From assembly GCA_028867755.1 (NCBI GenBank), contig JAGWFT010000001.1:228727-292726 (forward strand): 64,000 bases of DNA, written 5' to 3'. The notes under the pieces were generated by a model. That model searched no databases, was not told where the DNA came from, and was given only the letters and a program-made list of their open reading frames with translations. The translations under genes and the position numbers were made by a program. Positions 47,771 to 57,397 of the stretch are shown one piece after another. Source of the stretch: Nitrososphaerota archaeon (GTDB lineage Archaea; Thermoproteota; Nitrososphaeria; Nitrososphaerales; Nitrosopumilaceae). Every line of letters begins with the position of its first letter. The first letter of the stretch is position 1.

Positions 47771-49171
47771 TTGAAGCTAGTTCTAAAGTTTGGTGGAACA
47801 TCAATTTCCTCTGTAGCAAATATTCGAAATGTGGCAAATTTAATAAAATCGCTCTCAAAAGAACACAAGATAATTCCTGTCTTCTCTGCAATAAGTGGAG
47901 TCACAGACGATCTAATCAGAATAACAAATCATGTAAAAGACAGAAACGAGCAAGCAGCAAATTCACTTGCAAACAAGATTATCAAGATGCACATGCATGT
48001 TTCCAACCAATGTGTAAAAAATCCAAAAATCCGAAAGGATCTAGTAACCAAAATGAAGGCTGACCTTGACGAGCTTGAGGAGTTGCTGCATGGAATGCTG
48101 CTACTCGGAGAGGTAACTCCTAGATCTTCTGATTATTTGATTTCCTTTGGAGAAAGACTATCTGTTAACTTGGTTGCTTTTGCGTTAAATGACATTGGCA
48201 TCAAGGCAGCACCCCTGACAGGAAAGGATGCTGGCATTATCACAGATTCAAATTTTGGAGAAGCAAAGCCACTGATGGATACTACAAGGCTGCATGTATC
48301 TCATAAAATTGAAAACCTTTCACAAAAAAAGATAATGCCAGTGATAGGCGGCTTTGCTGGAGCAGATCAGCATGGTAACATAACTACATTTGGCAGGGGA
48401 GGGTCTGACTATACTGCCACCATAATTGCATCAAGCATAAAGGCAGATGAGGTGTGGTTGATGAGCGACGTAGATGGATTGATGACAACAGATCCAAAGA
48501 TTGTAAAAAATGCCAAACTCATCAAGGAAGTATCATATGTTGAAGCCATGGAGATGGCGCTATTTGGGGCAAAACAGATTCATCCAAGAGCTCTTGAGCC
48601 GCTAGTTACAAAAAAAATTCCACTCAGAATTCGAAGTACGTTTAACATAAAAAATCCCGGAACGCTTGTAACAGCAGATCCGCAGATTGATACCCAAAAG
48701 ACAGTCAAATGTGTAAGCGCAATAAGACACACAGGACTAATTGATGTAAGGGGAGGAAGTATGGTAGGCGCCCCAGGGACTGCAGCTACAATATTTTCTA
48801 CTCTTGCAAAAGCCGGAGTCAACGTAATGATGATTTCTCAGAGCCCGTCAGAATCAAGCATTTCAATTATTGTAAAAAAGAATGACATGGATAAAGCTGT
48901 CAACACACTTGATATGAACTTGCTTGGTAAAATAATCAAAAAAGTAGAGGTCACAGTAGATGTATCCATTATAGCGCTAATTGGGTCTGGAATGAGAGGA
49001 ATAGTTGGCGTTGCATCCAAGGTATTTACTGCAGTGGGAAAGAAAGGTGTGAACGTGATAATGATTGCACAAGGTTCCTCTGAGCTCAACATTGCCTTTG
49101 TTGTCAAGGATTCAGATTGCAATGCTGCAGTGCAAGCATTGCATGATGAATTTGATTTAGCAAAAAACTAG
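47771..49171 (+). CDS. lysC: Aspartate kinase with two ACT domains
   Basis: LKFGGTS, SFGERLS, TFGRGGSDYTA and SDVDG motifs. Confidence 0.94.
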   Translation: MKLVLKFGGTSISSVANIRNVANLIKSLSKEHKIIPVFSAISGVTDDLIRITNHVKDRNEQAANSLANKIIKMHMHVSNQCVKNPKIRKDLVTKMKADLDELEELLHGMLLLGEVTPRSSDYLISFGERLSVNLVAFALNDIGIKAAPLTGKDAGIITDSNFGEAKPLMDTTRLHVSHKIENLSQKKIMPVIGGFAGADQHGNITTFGRGGSDYTATIIASSIKADEVWLMSDVDGLMTTDPKIVKNAKLIKEVSYVEAMEMALFGAKQIHPRALEPLVTKKIPLRIRSTFNIKNPGTLVTADPQIDTQKTVKCVSAIRHTGLIDVRGGSMVGAPGTAATIFSTLAKAGVNVMMISQSPSESSISIIVKKNDMDKAVNTLDMNLLGKIIKKVEVTVDVSIIALIGSGMRGIVGVASKVFTAVGKKGVNVIMIAQGSSELNIAFVVKDSDCNAAVQALHDEFDLAKN

Positions 49172-49219
49172 TACATTTTACTGAAAAGCATATTTATGCT
49201 GATCAGACACCGTAACACT

Positions 49220-50689
49220 ATGAACCGATTCCTTATTGTAGGAATTATTGCAGTTGTTGTTGGTATAATATTACTGGTTCCTCTGTTATCTAATAATCTG
49301 GCCACTGCGGGAAGTGTTAAAAAAATACAATTTACTCAAACTGTGACATCATCGCAGGATCCAGGACAGGGACATGACAACGAACAACTTGCAATGATAT
49401 TGCTGCCAAACAACGGAACTCTTTATGATGGTACGCTAACATACACTGCAAGCGAGCCTGTTCAGGTAGTAATTCTTCATCAAATTGAAAAAAGCGACTC
49501 AAAAGGCCAGCCTGTATGGACTGTAGATAATAATACGATTTATGCTGAGACCATAATTAATTCCACCACAAACGGCGGAACACTCGAGTTTGCAGGATCA
49601 GCTGTTGGTCTACATTACACCAATTCTTCACAATTTGCAGCAACAGTGAGCGTTGATGGATGGATAAGGGGCACTACACCAGGGTTCCTTGAAAATAACA
49701 CGCAGGTAATTTCTGAGAATAATCTGAAGCTATCTAGAGCGGAGATTCCTGTGAACATACCTTTGCATAAGGCGTTGTACAATGGAAAATCAGTCTACTA
49801 TATCATAACTGATTCAAGCAATAGCATGGATGCTAATGATATATCATCTAAACAAAACTGGAAGGTGCAACAATCTCCTCTCTTGGCTCAGGCTCCACAA
49901 AAATTGCTAAGCAAGATGTACATATTTACAAATGGAATAACTGGAAATGGAACAAAAGGATATCAAGATGAAATATTTTCAAATACGCCATCAAATAGCA
50001 ACTATACCCCACTCAGCCTGGTAGTGCAAGTCACGTGGAATGTGGGAAGAACCCCAAAAATCCTAAACTCTACACAAGATATTCTTGACGGAAATACGAC
50101 AGGAAAACTAAAACTAACTGTCACCGATGATGTCATGAACACGCCACAAATAGTTTGGCCAGACGGTCAAATGAGTATCAGAAATAATACAAAACTATCT
50201 GATCAAACATCTTACGTTGGGGGTCAAGTGTTCAACATAGACACGACAAACAAACTTGTTACATTTGTAGCCCACAGGGGATGGGGACCAGATGGCAGTA
50301 CTATTTACTATATCATTACAAGCGGTACACCTCAAGGACCAGCCAAAATGATGGGATTGACAAATAATCCTGCACTCTCGATACTTTCGCCTGTATCACG
50401 AGATCTTTACCACTTTGCTAATGGTATCAGGAGCGGGGGACCATTTGGTTTTCAGGAGGGAGTTTCTGGCGCGCAACTAGGTGATGTCAAATATTCTCCT
50501 ATCTGCAAGATCTCGATGATAACGTGGACAAATCCTCAGAATGCAACATTATTGGAAAACATAAACGACATTAATTTTGAAAAATCTCAAGGAAGCATAA
50601 CTGTACAACCTGCATTGGCATTCAATAACAACTACTTGGTTGATTGTCCTATTATTGAGATTTCAAAAAGCGCTCATGAAAAGGGATAA
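49220..50689 (+). CDS. Membrane-anchored extracellular protein with an internally duplicated domain
   Basis: N-terminal TM; two copies of G..YYIIT…Y.F.NGI…G..G.Q…Y(T/S)P; start trimmed to ATG 49220. Confidence 0.75.
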   Translation: MNRFLIVGIIAVVVGIILLVPLLSNNLATAGSVKKIQFTQTVTSSQDPGQGHDNEQLAMILLPNNGTLYDGTLTYTASEPVQVVILHQIEKSDSKGQPVWTVDNNTIYAETIINSTTNGGTLEFAGSAVGLHYTNSSQFAATVSVDGWIRGTTPGFLENNTQVISENNLKLSRAEIPVNIPLHKALYNGKSVYYIITDSSNSMDANDISSKQNWKVQQSPLLAQAPQKLLSKMYIFTNGITGNGTKGYQDEIFSNTPSNSNYTPLSLVVQVTWNVGRTPKILNSTQDILDGNTTGKLKLTVTDDVMNTPQIVWPDGQMSIRNNTKLSDQTSYVGGQVFNIDTTNKLVTFVAHRGWGPDGSTIYYIITSGTPQGPAKMMGLTNNPALSILSPVSRDLYHFANGIRSGGPFGFQEGVSGAQLGDVKYSPICKISMITWTNPQNATLLENINDINFEKSQGSITVQPALAFNNNYLVDCPIIEISKSAHEKG

Positions 50690-50712
50690 ATTTACTCTAA
50701 AAATTTCTTAAT

Positions 50713-51510
50713 GTGATAATGATGCTTGGTAAGTTATACATTGTAGGAGTTGGACCGGGTCATCACGATCACATGACTTTTAGAGCTAAACAAGTAATTG
50801 AGGAAAGCAATACAATTGTAGGATATGAAACATACGTAAATCTGGTTGAAGATCTAATTGAAGGAAAAGAAGTTCACAGATATGCCATGACACAGGAAGT
50901 TGAACGTGCTCATCAATGTATAGATCTTGCAAAATCTGGTAAGATAGTTTCTCTGGTCTCAAGTGGGGATCCAGGAATCTATGGCATGGCTGGTTTGATT
51001 TATGAAATTCTTGCTGAAGAGAACTGGGACAGAAAAACTGGTCTGTATGTTGAGATAGTTCCAGGAGTCTCTTCTCTTAACTCATGTGCTGCACTGGTTG
51101 GCTCTCCATTGATGACTGATTTTGCAGTAGTTAGCATGAGCGATTTGCTTGTACCGTGGGAAATAATAATAAAAAGAGTTGAAGCTGCAGCGCAAGGGGA
51201 TTTTGTAATTGTGATATACAATCCTGCAAGCAAGAAAAGGATTCACCAGTTACAAGACACAAGAAAAATTTTGCTAAAATATAGAATACCAAATACTCCT
51301 GTAGCAATAGTCAAGGGGGCATACAGAGAATCGCAGGAGGTTGTTCTAACTGATCTGGAAAATATGGAAAGCCATCAGGATAAGCTAGGAATGATAACTA
51401 CTGTGATAATAGGCAATTCTTCTACATTTAGATACAAGGACATGATGGTTAATCCTCGTGGATATACATCAAAATACAATATAGTAGAGCCACAGAAAAG
51501 CCGAAGCTAA
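50713..51510 (+). CDS. cobJ: Precorrin-3B C17-methyltransferase
   Basis: VGVGPG, VSSGDPGIYGMAG, PGVSS, DLLVPW, YNPAS and PRGY motifs. Confidence 0.93.
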   Translation: MIMMLGKLYIVGVGPGHHDHMTFRAKQVIEESNTIVGYETYVNLVEDLIEGKEVHRYAMTQEVERAHQCIDLAKSGKIVSLVSSGDPGIYGMAGLIYEILAEENWDRKTGLYVEIVPGVSSLNSCAALVGSPLMTDFAVVSMSDLLVPWEIIIKRVEAAAQGDFVIVIYNPASKKRIHQLQDTRKILLKYRIPNTPVAIVKGAYRESQEVVLTDLENMESHQDKLGMITTVIIGNSSTFRYKDMMVNPRGYTSKYNIVEPQKSRS

Positions 51511-51530
51511 GACAAGACCAGTTCAGGTTC

Positions 51531-52586
51531 TTAGGTAGTAGATTTGATTGATTCAAAGAGCTCTGGAGATAATACTATTTTCTCTCTTACCGGCCTGATT
51601 ATGTCAGACACATATTTTCCTGCACTGGTCTTCAAGTCTGAGGGATGTATCTTTTTTTCTGAAAAGTCCTTTTCTAGCTGTTGGTAACTGGTATAGCTGA
51701 CGTTACCTCCAAATTTTTCCGGTCTTTCAATAATGATTTCACCAAATTCATGAAACACGACATATCTGAAAATTTCAAGAATGGGGTTTTTCTCTATAAT
51801 ACCTTCAGGGCACCAAGCTTTTTTGAATTTTGACCTGATCTCCTCGTCTGAATCATGGATGAATATTCCTGATGCTGATTTTGATTTGCTCATTTTGCTT
51901 GAGATAAACTGTGAATCAGAATCAGTGCCAGTCTCTGGCTCTCCTAGGCCTGCAAGTATGTGGTGATGAATTGCTACTGGCACCTTCCATTTCATTTTAG
52001 GAAAGATTTCTCGCACTAGCATGTGAATTTTCCTTTGATCCATTCCTGCATGCACTATATCCAAATCCATCGAATGAATATCTACAGCCTGCATGGGTGG
52101 GTAAAAGAGCTGGCCTAGCTCAATCTTGTCTTTGTCTGCACTTCTTCCCATTATTGTAAGTGAACGCATGGTTCTATCAAGTGACATGTTTTTTGCAAAT
52201 TTGACCAGATCCATCCAGTATCCCTTCCTTGATTCGTAAAGGTCTGAGCCCTCTACAATTTCCACACCTGGACAGAATAGTTTGAAGGCATCGGCATAAT
52301 ATTTTGAGACCATCCTGATCTTGTCCCAGTCTCCACCTAGCTTGTTATTGATGTAGGTGTGCCAGTCTGCCAAAAATACGGTGCATTTTACTCCAGCCTT
52401 GATAAGATCATTTATTTTAAAACCAGTAAGTATCAAACTTCCAAGATGTAAAAACCCGGAAATTTCTAGTCCGATGTAATGTTTTGGATGGTCATTTGTG
52501 CTAAATAGATTGACCAGTTCTTCCTGTGTGACTATTTCCTCAGTAGGTTCTCTTGTAACAAGTTTGATTTTTTCTGTAACATCCAC
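51531..52586 (-). CDS. tyrS: Tyrosine--tRNA ligase
   Basis: YIGLEISGFLHLG, YPPMQAVD, GMDQRKIH and KMSKS motifs. Confidence 0.94.
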   Translation of the reverse strand: MDVTEKIKLVTREPTEEIVTQEELVNLFSTNDHPKHYIGLEISGFLHLGSLILTGFKINDLIKAGVKCTVFLADWHTYINNKLGGDWDKIRMVSKYYADAFKLFCPGVEIVEGSDLYESRKGYWMDLVKFAKNMSLDRTMRSLTIMGRSADKDKIELGQLFYPPMQAVDIHSMDLDIVHAGMDQRKIHMLVREIFPKMKWKVPVAIHHHILAGLGEPETGTDSDSQFISSKMSKSKSASGIFIHDSDEEIRSKFKKAWCPEGIIEKNPILEIFRYVVFHEFGEIIIERPEKFGGNVSYTSYQQLEKDFSEKKIHPSDLKTSAGKYVSDIIRPVREKIVLSPELFESIKSTT

Positions 52587-52620
52587 TTCGAGTCAAATCT
52601 TCTTTTGTGATCCTATAAAG

Positions 52621-53184
52621 TTACGCATCAAGATCATCCAATTTCTTTCTTGGTCTTGTGCTAAGATATAGTGCATGTGAACTTATGATAAAGGCTGCAA
52701 GAAATGATTTTGTAGCAAAGTTCAGGTTCCATGGCCTGGTGGGGTCTGGGTATGCCACTGTTAAGGAGTCAATATCTGGAACCTTTCCGTTAATAATTCC
52801 AGCCGTGATTTGTGCATTGAGAACTATAAAGTTGTAAATTACCTCATACAGGGTGATTGCTGCTAGCCCAGCCAACATTAGCTGTACCAATGTAAGTTGC
52901 CAGGAAGGAACTTCGACTGTTCTCTTCCAACCAATTCTTGTGACACAGTACCACCCAATTATGGTGGAAAAGAAGAACCATGATGTTAGCTTGGCGAAGT
53001 GAGCCGTAGGAAATTCTGTCTTTTCTAATATTTCACCCATTACATATGTGCCATTTTTTTGCCATTCTTCAGACATCTCATAAATGCCATAGAAGGTTAT
53101 AGATCCCATTATGAATGCGCATGCATAGAAAATGTACAGAAATATCTTGTATCCTGACTGATCCCTGTGCAATCCAATCTTCAT
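52621..53184 (-). CDS. Integral membrane protein
   Basis: Four hydrophobic helices. Confidence 0.75.
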   Translation of the reverse strand: MKIGLHRDQSGYKIFLYIFYACAFIMGSITFYGIYEMSEEWQKNGTYVMGEILEKTEFPTAHFAKLTSWFFFSTIIGWYCVTRIGWKRTVEVPSWQLTLVQLMLAGLAAITLYEVIYNFIVLNAQITAGIINGKVPDIDSLTVAYPDPTRPWNLNFATKSFLAAFIISSHALYLSTRPRKKLDDLDA

Positions 53185-53273
53185 TAAACACGATTGATGT
53201 TACCTGAAATATAAAAATTGGTTTTAATTTCATTCGGAAGTTTAATTATAGTATAAAGTTTGATAATATATAA

Positions 53274-54362
53274 TTGAAAATTCCTATAAATTCCCCAGTA
53301 ATTGGAAAGGAGGAAATCAATGAAGTACGATCTGTTTTACTGGAAAAATCATTAACCACTGCTGCAAATTCTGGAGGCAAAAGAACCCAAGAGTTTGAAA
53401 GACTTTTGTCATCGTATACCAAATCAAGATACGCAATAGCAGTAAATTCAGGTACTGCAGCACTGCAGGCTGCGCTTTACACTCTTGACATAAAAAGTGG
53501 CGATGAAGTCCTGCTCCCATCATTTACTTTTGTAGCCACTGCAAATTCTGTTGTATCAGTTGGTGCAAAGCCAGTGTTTGTGGATGTGACTCCAGATAAT
53601 TATACGATGGATCCTGACGACCTGGAGAGAAAAATCACAAAAAAATCAAAGGCAATAATGCCTGTCCATCTGTACGGAAATTTTTCATACATGAGTGAAA
53701 TTTCTGAGATAGCAGACAAGCATAATATCGATGTAATTGAGGATGCTGCGCAGTCACTGGGAACTACATATAAAAATAAACAATCAGGAACATTTTCACG
53801 ATTAGGTTGCTTTAGCATGTATGCTGCAAAGGTAGTGACATCAGGAGAGGGTGGGGCAATTGTCACAAACGACAGAGATCTATTTGAAAAACTTCGTAAA
53901 ATAAGAAACCATGGAATGCTTCATGGGTACGACACCAGAATTTTAGGATTAAATCTTAGGCTTCCAGAAATATCTGCTGCCATAGCCAAGGTTCAAATGA
54001 AAAAACTTCCAAAGTTTCTCAAAAAAAGAGAGAAAAATGCCAAAACTTTAACAGACCTCTTATGCGACCTGAATTTCATTCTACCAAAAGAAAGAGCTGG
54101 TGTCAAGGTAAACTGGTATCTTTATACAATTTCCACAAAGAATCGAGATAGATTATCAAAGCAATTAAATGAAAAAGGAATTGGTGCAACAGCATATTAT
54201 TCCATCCCAGTACACAAAACTCCATTTTACAAAAACAATACAAAATTACCGATGACTGATTGGGCTGCTTCTGCAGTACTGAGCTTGCCTGTACATCCTC
54301 TTGTAACGGAAAATGATCTTCATTACATCTCAAAAACCATTCACCAATTGATCAAAAAATGA
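53274..54362 (+). CDS. DegT/DnrJ/EryC1/StrS-family aminotransferase
   Basis: NSGTAAL, PSFTFVAT, PVHLYG, EDAAQ and FSMYAAK…GEGG motifs. Confidence 0.93.
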   Translation: MKIPINSPVIGKEEINEVRSVLLEKSLTTAANSGGKRTQEFERLLSSYTKSRYAIAVNSGTAALQAALYTLDIKSGDEVLLPSFTFVATANSVVSVGAKPVFVDVTPDNYTMDPDDLERKITKKSKAIMPVHLYGNFSYMSEISEIADKHNIDVIEDAAQSLGTTYKNKQSGTFSRLGCFSMYAAKVVTSGEGGAIVTNDRDLFEKLRKIRNHGMLHGYDTRILGLNLRLPEISAAIAKVQMKKLPKFLKKREKNAKTLTDLLCDLNFILPKERAGVKVNWYLYTISTKNRDRLSKQLNEKGIGATAYYSIPVHKTPFYKNNTKLPMTDWAASAVLSLPVHPLVTENDLHYISKTIHQLIKK

Positions 54363-54838
54363 ATCTTATAGGAGAGTTTGCAGGTGAATTGTGCAAAATA
54401 CTGCTTCCAATTGAGGACAGGGTTTACCTTGGGAATTCCGAATCTGGTATAGCCATATGCACTCTGTCTAGCATGAAACTGCTCACTGAAATTGTAAATT
54501 CTTCATTTATGGTCAAAATCAATATAGCTGGGAGACTGCTTTCAGAAAATAAAGGAATTGATTTACTTGTTAGATATGTTATATCCAATAGAAAAATTCA
54601 CACTATCATACTATGTGGTAACGATGCAGTAGGACACAAGCCTGGACACTCGTTATTTTGTTTATACAAAAATGGAATAAACCAAGACAGAAGAATAATT
54701 GGTTCTCAAAGTCCAGATCCATTTTTGTCATTGACAAGTGAAGAGGTGTTAGAGTTTCAAAATCAAGTAAGAATTATTGATAAGATAGGGCAAACCAATA
54801 TTTCAAATCTCAGTATGGAAATCAACAACAAAAGCTAA
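54359..54838 (+). CDS. MtrA-like (corrinoid methyltransferase subunit A) soluble domain
   Basis: AICTLSS, G-x-L-x-SEN-x-GI, ISN, LCG…GHKPGHSL…NG and IIGS…PFL motifs; no TM anchor. Confidence 0.75.
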   Translation: MNLIGEFAGELCKILLPIEDRVYLGNSESGIAICTLSSMKLLTEIVNSSFMVKINIAGRLLSENKGIDLLVRYVISNRKIHTIILCGNDAVGHKPGHSLFCLYKNGINQDRRIIGSQSPDPFLSLTSEEVLEFQNQVRIIDKIGQTNISNLSMEINNKS

Positions 54839-54840
54839 GC

Positions 54841-55173
54841 TCAATAACCGTCAAGCTGTCTTTGTTTGTTGACTTGGTGTTTCTTTTGATATTCTTTTAG
54901 TATGTCCTCGGGGGTCATGTTCAGTTCCAGTGAAGCTTGTACCACAAAGTGCCATATATCGATAAGCTCCTCCCTGGCAGCTGCCTCGTCAAACTCTGTC
55001 GGTTTTTTCCACCACTTCCAATTCGTTGTTCGCTGCAGCTCTACTGCCTCGTGAATTATGGCAGTACACAATGAAGAAATTTTCCCTTGTGTATCTTTTG
55101 GATAACGCTCTAGGTTCATCATTTTCTCCAAATTCTTTTGAAGCCTGAAAATTGTATCCAGCCTGTCTTCCAT
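54841..55173 (-). CDS. Dimeric all-alpha dUTPase (MazG-like)
   Basis: EAVEL…WKWWK…EELIDIWHF…KKHQVNKQRQ. Confidence 0.87.
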   Translation of the reverse strand: MEDRLDTIFRLQKNLEKMMNLERYPKDTQGKISSLCTAIIHEAVELQRTTNWKWWKKPTEFDEAAAREELIDIWHFVVQASLELNMTPEDILKEYQKKHQVNKQRQLDGY

Positions 55174-55207
55174 GGACTTTTTTTCTATTTGATATCTATA
55201 ACCTTTT

Positions 55208-56101
55208 TTAGAAATGAACTATTTTTCTATAATATCTGAATCTGTTTTGTATCTGGGATTTTCTCAATTTGACTAGGCCAGCAATTCCATATCTTTCGAC
55301 TGCAAATGAACCCATTACATTTCCATACGCAGCAGCCTCTCTGATTGTTGATAGTTTTGTACTGTTTTTACTAGCCATGTATCCAATCATGCCACCTGCA
55401 AAAGAATCTCCAGCTCCTGTAGGGTCAACGATATTCTCCAAGGAAAAGGCAGATGAAGGAAATACCATATCATCACAAAATAGCAGGGATCCGTGCTCTC
55501 CCTTCTTTATGATTACAATTTTTGTTCCCCATTCCATGATCTTTTTTGCGGCTTTGATTAGGTTGTGAGTTTTTGTCAGCAACTTGGCCTCTTCGTCATT
55601 TATAACAACAGAATCGACCACTCCCATCATCTTTATGACATCATTTCTTTTAGTTGAAATCCAGAAATCTATAGTATCACACATGGAAAACTTGACCTTA
55701 TCAAACTCCTTGATTATCTTTGCATTTTGGGCAGGATCATTGTTTGCAAGATAAACAAATTCTGATCTTCTATATCTTTCAGGAACTGTAGGCTTGAAAT
55801 CCTTTAGTACATTTAGCTCAGTCTTGTTGGTAGTCCTTGAGCTTAATGTCTTGTCATAACTTCCATCATATCGGAAAGTTTTCCCGTTTGCATGTACTAC
55901 TCCCCCAGTGTCCAAGAACTTGTTCAAGATTTTTTGATATTGTTTTGGAAAGTCATAGCCTATTACTGCAATAAGGCTAGGTTTCTGAAAAAAACTTGCA
56001 GATACTGCTGCATATGTGGCAGCACCACCTAATGCATTTTTAATAACTCTAGATGGAGTCCTGATGGTATCTATAGCAACAGATCCAAAAACAGTCAGCA
56101 T
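55208..56101 (-). CDS. PfkB-family carbohydrate/nucleoside kinase
   Basis: GGAATY, KKGEHG and DPTGAGDSFAGG motifs. Confidence 0.92.
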   Translation of the reverse strand: MLTVFGSVAIDTIRTPSRVIKNALGGAATYAAVSASFFQKPSLIAVIGYDFPKQYQKILNKFLDTGGVVHANGKTFRYDGSYDKTLSSRTTNKTELNVLKDFKPTVPERYRRSEFVYLANNDPAQNAKIIKEFDKVKFSMCDTIDFWISTKRNDVIKMMGVVDSVVINDEEAKLLTKTHNLIKAAKKIMEWGTKIVIIKKGEHGSLLFCDDMVFPSSAFSLENIVDPTGAGDSFAGGMIGYMASKNSTKLSTIREAAAYGNVMGSFAVERYGIAGLVKLRKSQIQNRFRYYRKIVHF

Positions 56102-56113
56102 ACTTTGCTGGTT

Positions 56114-56584
56114 TTACGTGCCGTCTATAAATGCTCTAGCTTCGTCTTGTGTTGGGTAGTATGTGAATGGGACACTTACAGTTGTAAAGAGGACGTTATA
56201 CTGACTTGTTCCTGTTAGTTTTAGGCTGGGGATGTTGTCACTCTTGTTGTACTTGTCCAATATTGTAGTGTCGGCAAGAAATGGAGTCTGAGCAACTGTT
56301 TTTCCCATCGCAGGAATTAGTGATGGCTGTAATACTCCAGTACCAAGATCTTCCCCATTGGCAGACACAGAGAAATCAGTCTTTCCAATGTTTAGAACTA
56401 ATAGTGAGGGATTGTTGAATTGCAGCTGTAGACTGTATAGTGTGCCTTGATCACTCTTATCTACGATCTTACTTTGAATAATAGAAACATGAAGATTAGA
56501 CACTGATAGATATTGAATATAGCCAAATATGCCTACAGCGGCGACAATTATGCTTATGACAACGATTTTTGTTCTTTTTTCCAC
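56114..56584 (-). CDS. Membrane-anchored LEA_2/WHy-domain protein
   Basis: N-terminal TM, FNNPS motif, beta-sandwich pattern. Confidence 0.7.
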   Translation of the reverse strand: MEKRTKIVVISIIVAAVGIFGYIQYLSVSNLHVSIIQSKIVDKSDQGTLYSLQLQFNNPSLLVLNIGKTDFSVSANGEDLGTGVLQPSLIPAMGKTVAQTPFLADTTILDKYNKSDNIPSLKLTGTSQYNVLFTTVSVPFTYYPTQDEARAFIDGT

Positions 56585-56720
56585 GCTGGTGAATGGTAAA
56601 ATCCCTTTTTAGCACAGGTAGAAAAAAAATCCAAATAACTTGTGTAAACTTTTTGATCTGTTTTTAAAGCTACTTAGAGCTAACAGAATAAATCAAAATA
56701 GTAAGATTGAATGTTACAAA

Positions 56721-57197
56721 ATGGCTAAAATAAGAATCAGATATGGACAAAATGAAATTGAGATCGAATCCAAGGATTTCTATATAGATAACCAAAGTGT
56801 AGATGAGGTAGTAAACAACCTCTCAGTATATGTCAAAGATTACAGCCCGAGCACACTTCAGCATGACTATTCGTACGGACAGCCTACTCGAGGTACCGAA
56901 GTTTTAAGCATGCTAGATGATGCAGAAATTCACGAGCCAGAGTTTGCCAGGCCTACTTTCCTTGATAAGCAGCAAATAAAGAGCAAGGTTAGAACGCTCG
57001 TTGAGGATGCGTTCTTTGACCAGCCACGAACAGTCTCTGAGGTTGTTGCCCAATTACATGAATATGGCTGGACAGCAGTTCCGCTTGATGTATCCAAAGC
57101 CTTGACAGATATGGCCTTTAGCAATGAACTACAAAGAGACTTGCGGGAAAAGCGCAGTTATTACTCAATTGCTAAGATTGAACAGTGCCTTAACTAG
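56721..57197 (+). CDS. Hypothetical protein with C-terminal winged helix
   Basis: FFDQPRTVSEVVAQL…VSKALTDM…LQR…YYS; start trimmed to ATG 56721. Confidence 0.72.
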   Translation: MAKIRIRYGQNEIEIESKDFYIDNQSVDEVVNNLSVYVKDYSPSTLQHDYSYGQPTRGTEVLSMLDDAEIHEPEFARPTFLDKQQIKSKVRTLVEDAFFDQPRTVSEVVAQLHEYGWTAVPLDVSKALTDMAFSNELQRDLREKRSYYSIAKIEQCLN

Positions 57198-57375
57198 CCT
57201 TATAGTCACACTTGCTGCAAGAATCAAACACATCCCCTTCCAAGTGATCAAAATGAGCGTTGCACTTTAGGCACGTGTGATGCATATCAAAATAGCCGTC
57301 ATTTTCGACTTTTCCTACACGATTAGACTGCAATTCCATGCTTCCGCATTTTATACAATGGCATCCGCATTGCAT
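57190..57375 (-). CDS. Small Cys/His-rich metal-binding protein
   Basis: CGCHCIKC, HHTCLKC and CSKC in 61 aa. Confidence 0.78.
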   Translation of the reverse strand: MQCGCHCIKCGSMELQSNRVGKVENDGYFDMHHTCLKCNAHFDHLEGDVFDSCSKCDYKAS

Positions 57376-57397
57376 GGAATTTGATGAATTTCTACTG

